NCBI RefSeq assembly: GCF_964213995.1
Contig: NC_135830.1
Coordinates: 1,488,001 to 1,552,000 of the forward strand
Source: Mustelus asterias
Lineage: Eukaryota
Length of the DNA: 64,000 nucleotides
Direction: 5' to 3'
In this document: positions 1 through 11,979 of the stretch, piece by piece
Position numbering within the stretch: position 1 is the stretch's first letter
Layout of the letters: each line of letters opens with the position of its first letter
Made by a program: the position numbers and the translations under genes
Notes under the pieces: generated by a model
What the model saw: the letters and a program-made list of their open reading frames with translations, nothing else
The model's database searches: none
Told to the model about the DNA's origin: nothing

Positions 1-2581
1 CTGTGGGTGGAAGTTCGGAGTGGGAAGGGGTTGATCACTTTGCTGGGAGTTTTCTATAGGCCACCCAATAGTGACAGGGAGGTGGAGGAGCAGATAGAGA
101 AACAGATCCTGGGAGAGTTGCAATAATAGCAGAGTTGTTGTGATGGGAGACTTTCATTTCCCAAACATAGATTGGAATATCCCGAGGGTAAGGGGACTGG
201 ATGGGGAGGAGTTTGTTAGGTGTGTTCAGGAGGGTTTCCTGACACAGCATGTGGACAACCCTACAAGAGGAGAGGCTGTACTTGATCTGATACTGACCAA
301 TGAGCCTGGACAGGTGTCAGATCTCTCAGTGGGAGAGCATCTTGGGGATAGCGATCATAACTCTATCTCCTTTATGCTTGCATTGGAAAAAGAGAGGATC
401 AGGCAAGCTAGGAAAGCGTTTATATGGAGTAAGGGGAAATATGAAGACATAAGGCAGCAAATTAGAGGAGTAAATTGGAAGGAGGTATTCTCGGGGAAAT
501 CTACTGGAGAGGTGGCAGTTTTTCAAGGAATGTCTGTCTAGGGTTCGACAGGACAATGTTCCGAGCAGACAGGGAGGAGTTGGTAGGTTAAAGGAACCGT
601 GGTGCACGAAAGCTGTGCGGGACCTAGTCGAGAAGAAAAGGAAAGCGTACAAAAGGTTTAGAGAGCTTGGCGAAGATAGGGATCTAGATGAGTATACGGC
701 TTGTAGGAAGGGACTAAAGAAGGAAATTAGGAGAACCAGAAGGGGTCACGAGAAGGCCTTGGCAAGTAGAATTAAGGAAAACCCTAAGGCGTTCTATAAA
801 TATGTGAAGAGTAAAAGGATGAGACGTGAAGGAATAGTGCCTATAAAAGATGAAGGCGGGAAAATCTGTACGGAACCAGTAGAAATGGCAGAGGTGCTTA
901 ATGAGTATTTTGCCTCGTTTTTCATAGAGAAGAAGGACATGGGTGGATGTACTGTGGGCTTGCGGTGGACTGAAAAGATTGAGTATGTGGACTTTAACAA
1001 AGAGGTTGTGCTGGAATATTTGAATGGGATCAAGATAGATAAGTCGCCGGGTCCGGATGGGATGTACCCCAGGTTACTGTGGGAGGCGAGGGAAGAGATT
1101 GCAGAGCCTCTGGCGATGATCTTTGCACCGTCGATGGAGACGGGAGAGGTCCTGGAGGATTGCGCATGTGGTTCCTATTTTCAAGAAGGGGAATAGGGAT
1201 AGCCCAGGAAATTACCGACCGCTGAGTCTAACCTCAGTGGTTGGTAAGCTGATGGAGAAGATCCTGATGGACAAGATTTATGAGCATTTAGAGAGGTTTA
1301 GTATGCTCAAGAATACTCAGCATGGCTTTGTCAAAGGCAGATCGTGCCTTACGAGCCTGGTGGAGTTCTTCAAAAATGTGACGAAACACATTGACGAAGG
1401 GAAAGCGGTAGATGTGGTTTATATGGATTTTAGCAAGGCGTTCGATAAGGTCCCCCATGCGAGGCTTCTCGAAAAGGTGAGAGGGCATGGGATCCAAGGG
1501 TCTGCTGCCGTGTGGATCCAGAACTGGCTTGCCCAAAGGAGGCAGAGAGTGGGTATAGATGGGTCTTTTTCTAAATGGTGGTCGGTCACCAGTGGTGTGC
1601 CCCAGGGATCTGTTCTGGGACCTTTGCTGTTTGTCATTTTCATAAATGGCCTGGATGAGGAAGTGGAGGGATGGGTTGGTAAGTTTGCCGACGACACGAA
1701 GGTTGGTGGGGTTGTGGATAGTCTGGAGGGATGTCAGAAGTTATAGAGGGACATAGATAGGATGCAAGACTGGGCGGAGAAGTGGCAGATGGACTTCAAC
1801 CCAGATAAATGCGTCGTGGTCCATTTTGGCAGGTCAAATTGGATGAAGGAGTACAATATAAAGGGAAAGACTCTTTAGTACTGTAGAGGATCAGAAGGAC
1901 CTTGGGGTCCGGGTCCATAGGACTCTAAAATCAGCCCCGCAGGTGGAGGAGGTGGTTAAGAAGGCGTATGGTGCGCTGGCCTTTATCAATCGAGGGATTG
2001 AGTTTTGGAGTCCGGATATAATGATGCAGCTATATAAGACCCTCGTCAGACCCCACTTGGAGTACTGTGCTCAGTTCTGGTCGCCTCATTACAGGAAGGA
2101 TGTGGAAAAGATTGAAAGGGTGCAGAGGAGATTTACAAGGATGTTGCCTGGATTGAGTGGCATGCCTTATGAGGATAGGCTGAGGGAGCTCGGTCTTTTC
2201 TCCTTGGAGAGACGTAGGATGAGCGGAGAGCTAATAGAGGTATATAAGATGTTGAGAGGCATCGATCGGGTGGACTCTCAGAGGCTTTTTCCCAGGGTGG
2301 AAATGGCTGCTACGAGAGGACACAGGTTTCAGGTGCTGGGGGGTAGGTACAGGGGAAATGTTAGGGGGAAGTTTTTCACACAGAGGGTGGTGGGCGAGTG
2401 GAATCGGCTGCCGTCAGTGGTGGTGGAGGCAAACTCAATAGGGTCTTTTAAGAGACTCCTGGATGAGTACATGGGACTTAATAGGATGGAGGGTTATAGG
2501 TAGGCCTAAAAGGTAGGGATATGTTCGGCACAACTTGTGGGGCCGAAGGGCCTGTTTTGTGCTGTAGTTTTCTATGTTTCT
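1..2581 (+). mobile_element. CR1/HER1-type LINE, ORF2 (C-terminal endonuclease, linker, RT, C-terminus) plus 3' UTR; disrupted; runs off the left edge
   Basis: ORFs 140-541 (GDF.FP.IDW...LDLILTN...SDHN), 615-1196, 1123-1746 (PGNYRPLSLTS, QHGF, DFSKAFDKVPH, GVPQGSVLGPLLF, KFADD) and 1943-2503. Frameshifts and a TAG at 1744. Ends in the tail GGGCCGAAGGGCCTG...TTTCTATGTTTCT. Confidence 0.97.
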
Positions 2582-2969
2582 TTATATTTACTCTATCAAT
2601 GCCATTAATGGTTCTAATATGTATGTGAAAAAGGTTCTCTCGGAGCTGGAGACTGAAGTGCAGACTGAGGATTGAAAGACAGTCCGTGAAACTGGGGGAT
2701 GGAAAGAAAAAATAGGACAAGGTGACGATTGCCAAATGCTGTGGAATAGATAAAGTAAGTAACACATTGAAATCGATGAAGACTGTAAGGCGCAACGCTA
2801 TCATTCCCCGGCTTTTCCCCAGGGCGAGTTCAGTGACTGATTCTCACACACACAGCCAGTTATGTCCGGGAATAGAAGGTCATAACAAATCACATGTGCG
2901 TCATTTCTAAATGTCACCGCAGTATTATCTGTGCGACTCAGTGCTGATTCTATGGCCAGATAGAGGCCG

Positions 2970-3260
2970 ACTTGGCAGATGTTTCGACCAGGTTGTGGCC
3001 CCTGGATTTATTTTCTGCTCAGAAGTGAGACGTGCGGTTTGGAGGCAGCTGCAAAGAAACAGGAAGTTGTGTTACCTGAAAATGAAACAGCAGGCGTTAG
3101 TTACATGTTATCGCCATGAGCAGTCTTCCTGCCTGAGAGGGTGAACTCACTGTCAGTATCAGGAATCGACACACAGATTGTTTCTAGATTATTCATTGCA
3201 ATCACATCAATTATTATATTAAAGAAAATACGTTTGATTTCCTTCTGGTTTTAAATCATT
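2970..3260. promoter_or_regulatory. Candidate lymphoid enhancer block (copy A)
   Basis: E-box CAGATG 2976, RUNX TGCGGTT 3033, ETS ACAGGAAGT 3059, IRF-like GAAAATGAAA 3078, ETS CTTCCTG 3125 and ATTGCAAT 3195. All are retained in the diverged paralog at 52640-52915. Confidence 0.45.
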
Positions 3261-3934
3261 TCTTCAAGTTGAAAATGCAGAGACGCTTAGCACTGACAGA
3301 AATAAGGGGAATTTAAAGCAAATAGAACTCTCATTATTGATTTATGGAAAATATATATTATTAAGTCAGCCATGTGCTGGCATAGAAAGGGACGAACGTG
3401 GAACAAAAATGATAAGTGATCTGTGGCTGTGAGAGAGGAGTTAAATGTGTTAATTTGTGCCTGAGAGAGTTTAAGTGGCTTAACATCGTTATGTTTTTGT
3501 GACGGGAGTTAAATCGCGTTGTCTCTCGGAGGGGCAAAGCGAGTAAAGTGCTGTCTTGACGAAAGGAGAGAAGATACATGGGTCGGCTGCTGTAGGGAAT
3601 GGGGGCGAGAGGGGGGTCGACGCAAGGCATAGAGATTGAGAGAGAGAGGGTTAAAGAATACAGGTAGAAATAGGTGAAGTGAGTTCGTTGAAATCTCAGA
3701 AAAAGGATTAGTTGAGACCTGTCATAAACTTACTTGCATTGATAACGGACTGGTCAGTGTTGCATCACTTTCTGTGGTTATGGACAAATATCAAAAGTGA
3801 AAAGTGTATAATTGGAATGTAATATCATTGCCTGCCCAAAATTTAAACATTTCCAATGTTACAATATTTGTCAATAAACTTAAATTAAATGCCAAAACAT
3901 TTTGTGGAAAACTGTAAGCATTAAGAATTATATT

Positions 3935-3935
<1 letters not shown>

Positions 3936-3975
<40 letters not shown>

Positions 3976-4047
3976 CACATTCACATTCGTGCACACACAC
4001 ATACACACACACAAGCAAACACGCACGCACTGACATACACACATGCA
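3936..4047. repeat. (CA)n microsatellite / CA-rich tract
   Basis: Direct inspection; paralogous tract at ~53608-53730. Confidence 0.9.
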
Positions 4048-4146
4048 TCCATCTGACGAAGGAGCAGCGCTCTGAAAGCTAATGGCATTTGCTACCAGAT
4101 AAACCTGTTGGACTTTAACCTGGTGTTGTTAAAACTCTTACTGTGT
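4048..4146 (+). mobile_element. Short Penelope-like (pLTR-derived) insertion
   Basis: Same family as 5158-5404. 13-bp TSD ATACACACATGCA (4035-4047 / 4147-4159). Absent from duplication copy B. Confidence 0.75.
4049..4085 (+). ncRNA. Minimal type-I hammerhead ribozyme motif
   Basis: CCAT-CTGACGA-A-GGAGC-agc-GCTCT-GAAA-GC-TA-ATGG: stem I CCAT/ATGG, conserved core, stem II with one G.U pair, palindromic AGCT in place of stem III. Confidence 0.65.
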
Positions 4147-5250
4147 ATACACACATGCACACAGAGAAAATCACAAAACCTATACATATAAATACAGCAC
4201 ACTGTGTCAGTTGACTTCAATGGCACGTATTAAATAGATTAATGTTTTTTTATTCTGATCGTCATAAGGAAACAGTAGAGTCCATTCCACTGAGAAGGTG
4301 GCTGACATCTTTGTCTGGAACAAATATGGGCCAAGTCAAATATAATTTTTTAAAAATCCACGAAAACAAATCAGCAGATTAATCAGAGCATTGTGAACAA
4401 TTAACACAGTACATGATTAGAATTGAAACAACATTGGGCTTGTATTTCAATATTAAATGCGATAGGTTTGATACTGGCAATGCCAGTCACATTGTCCAGC
4501 ACAGTAATATTTGGGCAGAATATCATGCAACAATTAGATTTTAAATGCTTTTCGTATAGAAAAATGTCTGAGTCTGGGCTCGTGCAATGACTAAAGGTGC
4601 AAAGTTTGGTTAATATATACTCTAGCAAGGTCCAGGGCAATGACTGATGAGTCAATGTCTTAATTAATATAAACTGGGACAGGACTTAGTGCTGTATATT
4701 TACTGATATATAGGGACTAGATAAATACAGACCAATACAGGGTCGAGTGCAGTGATTACTGACACAGGGGCTATATTAATTTAACATGACAAAGTATCTT
4801 GTGCAATATATACTGGTACAGTCTCAAGACTAATAAATAATCTGATACAAGAATAGCGCAGCATTTACTGATACAGGCCTGAGATTAGTATAAAGGGAGA
4901 CAGTGTCTACCCCAGTATTTACTGATGCAGCACCAAGAAAAATAAATCTTCTAAAGGGTTTGTTATCTTTATTTACTGATACCGGGTCGAGGATAATACA
5001 GATTGATCCAAAATATATTGCAGAAATTTATTGGTACAGGAAGTAGATTTATATAGATTGATGCAGAATATAGTGCTGTGCTTACTTATAGAAGACATAA
5101 ATTAATATAAATTGATGCAGAATATAGTACAATACGAATTCTATGTTAATATAGATTGATGTGGAGATGCCGGCGTTGGACTGGGGTAAGCACAGTAAGA
5201 AGTCTCACAACACCAGGTTAAAGTCCAACAGGGTTATTTGGTAGCAAATA

Positions 5251-5289
5251 CCATAAGCTTTCGGAGCGTGCTGCTCCTTCATCAGATAA
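5251..5289 (-). ncRNA. Minimal type-I hammerhead ribozyme motif (left arm)
   Basis: Reverse complement: TTAT-CTGATGA-A-GGAGC-agcac-GCTCC-GAAA-GC-TT-ATGG. Confidence 0.6.
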
Positions 5290-5309
5290 GTGGTTATCAG
5301 ATAACCACT

Positions 5310-5348
5310 CCATCTGACGAAGGAGCAGCACGCTCCGAAAGCTTATGG
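5310..5348 (+). ncRNA. Minimal type-I hammerhead ribozyme motif (right arm)
   Basis: CCAT-CTGACGA-A-GGAGC-agcac-GCTCC-GAAA-GC-TT-ATGG; perfect stems I and II. Confidence 0.7.
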
Positions 5349-7259
5349 TATTTGCTACCAAATAAACCTGTTGGACTTTAACCTGGTGTTGTGAGACTTC
5401 TTACCATATAGATTGATGCAGAATGCAGCACAGTATTTACTGAAACAAGAACTAGATTAATGTAGATAAGTACAAAATATAATGCAGTATTTCCTGATAC
5501 AGGAACTTGCTTAATATCGATTGATACAGAATACATTGCATTATTTAATGATATGGATTCATATACATACAGATTGATACAGAATATTGTGTAGTGTTAA
5601 CTGATACAGGGGAATATTGATATAAACTGAGACAGGGTCTAGTGAAGTGATTACAAGATCTAGTCCAGTGATTATTGATACAGGGTCTAGATGAATATAA
5701 ACTGAAACAGGGTTTAGTGCAATATTTACTGTTACGGGGACTTTTTTAATATCACCTGACACGGAGCCCAGTGCAGTGATTACTGATATAGTTTTTAGAT
5801 TAATACTGATACAAGATAGAGTGTAGTTTTCACTGATGTACAGGCCCAAGATTAATATAAATTGGTACAGGGTCTAGTGCAATATTTACTGATACAGAGT
5901 GTAGATTAATATGTACCGATACATTACAATGCAATGTGTACTGATACAGGCCCTAGATTAATATAAACTGATACAGAGTGCAGTACTTACTGATGCAGAG
6001 TTTAGATTAATATACATTGGCATATTATAATGCAGTGATTACTGATACAGGCCCTAGATTAATTTAAACCGGGGTTGGGTCTAGTGCAGTGATTACTGGT
6101 ACAGGCCCTAGATTAATATAAACTGAGGGTGGGCCTAGGGCAGTGATTAAAGAGACAATGTTTAGTACAGTATTTAATGTTACATGGATTAGATTAATAT
6201 GAACTGGTATAGAGTCTAGTTAAATGATGCAGGGTTTAGATAAAAAGATAAGTAAAAATGATGCAGGGTCTCGTGCAGTGAATACTGAAAGGTTATAGAT
6301 TGATATAAACAGAAGCTGCAACTAATGCAATGAGTAATGACACAGAGTGTAGATGAATATACAGGGTCCAGTGTGGCATTTACTGGTGAAGGGTCTATTA
6401 GTAGAAATTGATACAGGGTAAAGTGCAGTATTTAACAATGCCGATCCTAAATTAATATAAAACGAGACAGTGCATAGTGATATAATGACTGAAGGGCACT
6501 GAGGAATACAAACTGACACACGGATGAGTGTAATGTTTAATGTTTCAGGGCCTAGATTAGTGTTAGCCTGTGACAGGATAAACTGCAATGATTAATTATA
6601 CATGGTATAAATTTCTATAAACTGAGACAGGGACTAGTGAAGTAATAGTTGATACACGACATAGATTAATAAAAACTCAGGGAAGATATAGTGCAGTTAT
6701 TACTGATGCAATGTCTAGACTAATATAAACTGATACAGGATATAGTGCAGTGATTATTGATACAGGGTCTAGATTTATATAAACTGAATAGATTTATATA
6801 AACTGCAGCGATCAATAATGCAGGGGCCGTGTTCATATAAGCTAATACAGTTTAACGTGCAGAACTATTGGTAAGGGTACAGGTTAATGTAAAATGAGAC
6901 AGAGTCTACTGCTGTGATTACTGATGGAGCATCTAGATTTATATCAGCTGAGAGAGGGTCCAGTGTACTGATTACTGATACAGGTGATGAGTAATATAAC
7001 TGAGACATTGTTTGGAGCAGTGATTACTGATTCAGGGTTTACATTTATAAGTTGATGCAGGGTCCGGAGCTCTAATTCTTGGTGGAGGACAATGATAAAT
7101 ATAAAATATTACAGATTCTAGTGCAATGAATATTGGTACCAGGACTGGATGTTTTAGTCCAGTCTTATCTGGTACTGGGCCGAGGTTGATACAAAAACAC
7201 TGTTCCTGGTGGATGGAATTACAGTTTGAGAACCTTGCTGAAAAGAAACAATGATGAAG

Positions 7260-7812
7260 CGACCAGAACTGTGCTCAGACCCCACTTGGAGTACTGTGCT
7301 CAGGTCTGGTCACCTCACTACAGGAAGGATGTGGAAAAGATTGAAAGGGTGCAGAGGAGATTTACAAGGATGTTGCCTGGATTGAGTGGCATGCCTTATG
7401 AGGATAGGCTGAGGGAGCTCGGTCTTTTCTCCTTGGAGAGACGAAGGATGAGAGGAGACCTAATAGAGGTGTATGAGATGTTGAGAGGCATAGATCGGGT
7501 GGACTCTCAGAGGCTTTTTCCCAGGGTGGAAATGTCTGCTACAAGAGGACACAGGTTTAAGGTGCTGGGGGGTAGGTACAGGGGAGATGTTAGGGGTAAG
7601 TTTTTCACACAGAGCGTGGTGGGCGCGTGGAATCGGCTGCCGTCAGTGGTGGTGGAGGCAAACTCAATAGGGTCTTTTAAGAGACTCCTGGATGAGTACA
7701 TGGAGCTTAATAGGATGGAGGGTTATAGGTAGGTCTAGAAGGTAGGGATGTGTTCGGCACAACTTGTGGGCCGAAGGGCCTGTTTGTGATGTAGTTTTTC
7801 TATGTTTCTATG
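7260..7812 (+). mobile_element. 5'-truncated CR1 LINE, same young subfamily as 1-2581, with a short 5' inversion
   Basis: ORF 7226-7732 (RPHLEYCAQVWSPHYRKD...) is nearly identical to the end of 1943-2503. Flanked by ATGAAG repeats (7254-7259 / 7810-7815). Confidence 0.95.
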
Positions 7813-10399
7813 AAGACAAGTACAGTGACTACTGGTACAAGGCTGAGATGAAAATACATTGAGGCCAGGTCAAGTGCTACGATGACTGAGTTCCCTGGAT
7901 GAAAATTAACTGAATACCCTGGAGCAGTCATTTCTGATGTATAACCTAGACTAATAGCAATTAAAAGACGCATTACCACAGAAATGGCAGATTTTCACAG
8001 AGGCCCAAAACTGGGCCTCTGTGAAACCCCAGTGTAGACCATCAGCAGCATTAGAATTGCATCAAACCACTCTAACCGAAATATCGGGCCAATGATAAGT
8101 CAAAGAGGGCACGCCAACAGCAACAACAGGCATGCCTAAAAATCTAAAGTCAACCTGGAAAGCCGACGGCACAAAACCACACGCAAAAGGCTTCAGTCAG
8201 AGCTAAGCCAAATGACAAATCAGGTCTGAGATGCAAGACCCTCTATCATGTTTCGTGAAAGGTGGTGGATAACTAAACAACGAATTATAAGATGAGGCTT
8301 CACGATGCCATTAACCACCCTGGGGGAGCAAAGCACATCATTGCAAAAGAGAAAGATGATTCTTTTGGAGCCTAACCAATAACATGCTCACTATTGCTCA
8401 GTTTTGGTTCCATCATGGCAGTTCCTGACTTATTTGCAATCTTGGCCCAGCAGGGATGCACGTGGACAAGTCAAGGGTGATGTGACAGTGAGCACTCATT
8501 GACATCAAGGCAACAATTTAAATTTTGTCATCTACAGGTTCCAGTCAACTGAAGTAATTTCAAATGGGAGAGGGAGCATCCCCTGTGTAGAGCCATAATA
8601 GACACAAACATAGATGTGGAAACTGAAGGTCAATGGTTTCAGTCCCAGGACATCACTACAAGGTTACCTCACAATAGCTTTCAAGGGCCAAAGATCATAG
8701 ATAGAGTCCGCAGAACGTCATCCATCACAGGTTCCATCAAGTTGGAACGGAAGTAACTTGTCCACCGTCTTGACGAACTTTCAAAGAAGAAACATATGGT
8801 CTGTAGATTAGTATAGTCCGAGGAAGGGTACAGTTCAGCGATAATGATAGAGGGCCTCGATTAATGTGAACTGAGGCAAGGTCTAGTGCAGCAATTACTT
8901 ATACAAGGCATCGACTGATATAAACAGAGACAGATTCGTAGCCAGTGACTACAGATGGAGGGTCTAGATTAATATAAATAGAGAGGACCAAGGGCAGTCT
9001 TTACTGATAACGTGTCCAAATTCATACCTACAGATATAGTAGCTATAGTAGTGATTAGATTCAGGGTCTGGAGTACTATCAACAGAGACAGGTTCCTGCG
9101 AATTGATGACTGATAATGTGTCTGGATTAATATGAAAATTGACAGGCTGCAGAGAATTGACTGCTAGTATAGAGTGAAGTTAATGTAAAAAGACAGGAAC
9201 TAGTGCAGTGTGTAATAATACAAACTGATAATAGGTCCAGATTAATATAAAAGGAGACAGGACGTGGTGCAGTGATTACTCATCCAGGGCCTAGATTAAT
9301 ATAAGCTGAGAGAAGATCTCACTCAGTGTATAGTGTTAAACGGCCTGGAGTAATAGCAGCAGTGCTTGTTGCTACTGTAGGTATTACTGACAACCAGCAT
9401 GGATTAATATAAATGGCGATAAGATTTATGACAGGAATTCCTGGTACAGAGAGCAGATTACTTAAATGGAGACAAGGCCTGAAGCTGTGAATGTTAACAC
9501 AACACCGAGAGAAAATTCAAATATACATTTGACGAGGAAGTTTTAAATGGATGACATTCTAAGATATTGAAGAGCCGACAAGTTGTGCAGTGAAAATTAA
9601 AGCATAAACTAGTACAATGAAATCGAGATAGGGTTTGGTGTCTTATCTCAAAACCCATCTGAGAATGCTGTTGTAATCAAAGGGTTGGTTTGTTTATTAA
9701 TATCGAATAAATATATTTTCTGGGCTCGTGATATTCCTGCCAGTGCAAAATTTTTATCTCCAATTAATCAAACACAATACCTCATACCACAGACCATTTC
9801 CGTTAACATTCTCCTCGGATTGTTGCTGGTGATGACTGCAATCCCAGTTTCCTGTTGTGCTGATGCTGCATCTCATGCCGTATAAAACTTAAGTTCCAGG
9901 CGTCTATCTACCTTGCCTGCTTCCAGGTATTTTTCATTTGCAATCTCTGATCCCTATAAGTGAACTAATCAAAAATATAGTGCAATTTTACAAAAGTGTC
10001 AGATTAATAACTGAAGTTGACAAGAGAACGCACCGCTTAAAATTAAACTGATCCATGTGGACTAGACAGTGCTCCGGAATTTTAGGGACATGGAACCAAA
10101 TGACTTAATTCCAAGCCACCAACCCTTAGATGTCGAATGTATTTTCTGAGTGACAGTCATAAATGGGCAGGAACCCATTCCTTAGGTTTTGCAGCAAGGT
10201 ATTGCTGCCAGAATTCAGATCTGACAATGGTAATGTCATCGCAACTTTAGGAAAATGAAGCATGGAAGTAAGTTAATTGGGTTTACTAATCCAGAGGCCA
10301 TTAACAACTTCCACGTATACAGTATATATAATATGGGAATATGAACTCCATTAACCAATAAAGCAGAATAGAACTATTATTGCATTAATAACCTAAACA

Positions 10400-10720
10400 C
10401 TGAATTGCCATAAAAGCTCACCGGTTTTCCTTATGCCATTCGGGGGAGGAATTTTGCGTAACTTCCAAACTACCACCTGGAGGTTCCCTCCAAGACACTC
10501 CTCTTCCTGACTTGGAAATATATCGCCGGAGCTTCACTGTCACTGGGTCAAAATACTGGAATTCCCTCCCTAACTGTGCTATGGGTGTACCAACACATAA
10601 GGGACAGAAGAGTTTCAAGAAGGTAACTCACCACCACGTCCAAAAGGGCAAATAGAGATGGTTAATAAATGCGAGCCGAGCCAGCGTCACTCATATCCCA
10701 TGAGATGATTTTAAAAAAAC
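10400..10720 (+). mobile_element. Old retroposon 3' end (LINE/SINE tail), shared with copy B (~63360-63660)
   Basis: GACTTGGAAATATATCGCC...TTCACTGTCACTGGGTCAAAATACTGGAATTCCCTCCCTAAC...TTCAAGAAGG...AATAAATG, a common elasmobranch repeat tail. Confidence 0.6.
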
Positions 10721-11979
10721 ATAATGAATACACAGAATTTGGGTTGACTCGTTGATGCCCTTAGAATGACCTAGGATATGATTCAGCTGTATCAACAGTG
10801 CGCCGGTAATAATGTGCATAACACACAGACTGCGGTGGTTCAAGATGTCAGCTTCTCATCACTTTCCCAAGGGTAATTGGAGATTGGACAATGAACTCCG
10901 GCCTTACTCGCCAAGCTCGTAACCAAACAATCAGTAATTCCATAATACAAAATTGTTCAAAATACCGCGGATGCTGTAAATTGAAACCTGACACAGAAAA
11001 TTCTGGAAACACTGAGCATTTCAGGTCGCATCAGTGCAGAAGGAAACAACATTTATTTTTCAGGTGGACTAGATGATATATTATCTCGAGTGTCACTATT
11101 TCAAATAGTAGTGGAGTTATCTCCTGTAACCTGGATAAATATTTACTCTGCAGCTAACATTACCAATGAAAAGATGAAACGATAATTTTTCGCATCTCTG
11201 TCGGAGGGAGCTATCTGTGCATTAATCGCATGTCGTTGGTGATTATTATTCAAACAAGATATTTCAATGCATGGAAATATCTTCAGATAGTCTTGAGATG
11301 GTGAACGGCCTTTAACAAATACTCGTTTTTCGGCTAAATGTGAACATTTCATAATCCAGATCATGATGTATTCAAATGTCTAAAATTAACCTGATTATAG
11401 GTCACTCCTGTAATACTATATTATAGGGTCATTTTAAAATGCTTAGTTTAAAGGGATTGATATTCAATGGGAAAACAAGCTGTCTGGGGAAACATAATTG
11501 ATATAGGTCAAAAAACTTGCAGAACTGAATTCTTAAATGTAATGGGGTGTTCTATTCAAAATCAATAACATCTTTACCAAATAAGTTTTGAATATTTGTC
11601 CTCAGAAAAGTTTTTACGCACTGTGAAGATTCTTAGAATAAACTCTTTCTGTGAGTTGAAAACAGTCATTCCGTGACATCGTTGATCTTGTTTTGCTGTC
11701 ATGAATACTTCATAGAAACCAGTGAGCTGTTTACATAAATAAACACAGAATCGGATATCTGACAATAGAACATTGAGAGACAGAAGCATAATAGATATTT
11801 CTCCAACACCAAAAAAGCAGAAATAACCAGAGACAGGAGCTGAGACATGACGTAACATCAAATGACAAAACAGATTCCAGCAATGATTGATATTTGGAAC
11901 AACTCTAACAGTTATGAGAGAATTATGTAAAGATTATGTCTGTGTTCGAAATTGGTAAACTGTGCTTTTCACTGTACAG

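Larger units (their letters stand above)
5158..5404. mobile_element. Palindromic Penelope-like non-autonomous element
   Basis: ~104-bp inverted arms 5195-5298 / 5300-5404. 13-bp TSD ATATAGATTGATG (5149-5161 / 5406-5418). Family head GATGTGGAGATGCCGGCGTTGGACTG recurs at 36837 and ~61720. Confidence 0.8.
4600..9530. repeat. Degenerate 54-bp (27+27) tandem array, copy A, interrupted by TEs and a unique spacer (~7960-8830)
   Basis: Alternating units ACTGATACAGGGTCTAGTGCAGTGATT / ACTGATACAGGCCCTAGATTAATATAA; clear 27-bp phasing at 6041-6148. Confidence 0.88.
2582..10925 (+). repeat. Segmental duplication, copy A (paralog of 52262-63895)
   Basis: Collinear alignable blocks, e.g. 2993 TTGTGGCCCCTGGATTTATTTTCTGCTCAGAAGT = 52661; 8083 ATCGGGCCAATGATAAGTCAAAGAGGGCACGCCAAC = 60210; 9841 ATCCCAGTTTCCTGTTGTGCTGATG = 62767. 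Confidence 0.93.

Noticed and set aside
5559-5849. Minus-strand ORFs with 9-aa repeats (LDPVSVYIN/LDPVSVITA), also 57637-57861 and 59493-59735
   Set aside because: By-product of the 27-bp array; frames are broken by frequent stops and indels and not preserved between duplicates.
4600-9530. CRISPR-like or classical class-switch region interpretation of the array
   Set aside because: No unique spacers, eukaryotic context and no cas genes; lies 5' of V, not between J and C.
11143-11848. Signal-peptide-like MSQLLSLVISAFL (ATG at 11848, minus) with downstream exon-like pieces (11726-11578, from 11333)
   Set aside because: Weak donor, the spliced frame hits a stop within 7 codons of the third piece, and no recognisable family. 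A tBLASTx against shark transcripts would be needed.
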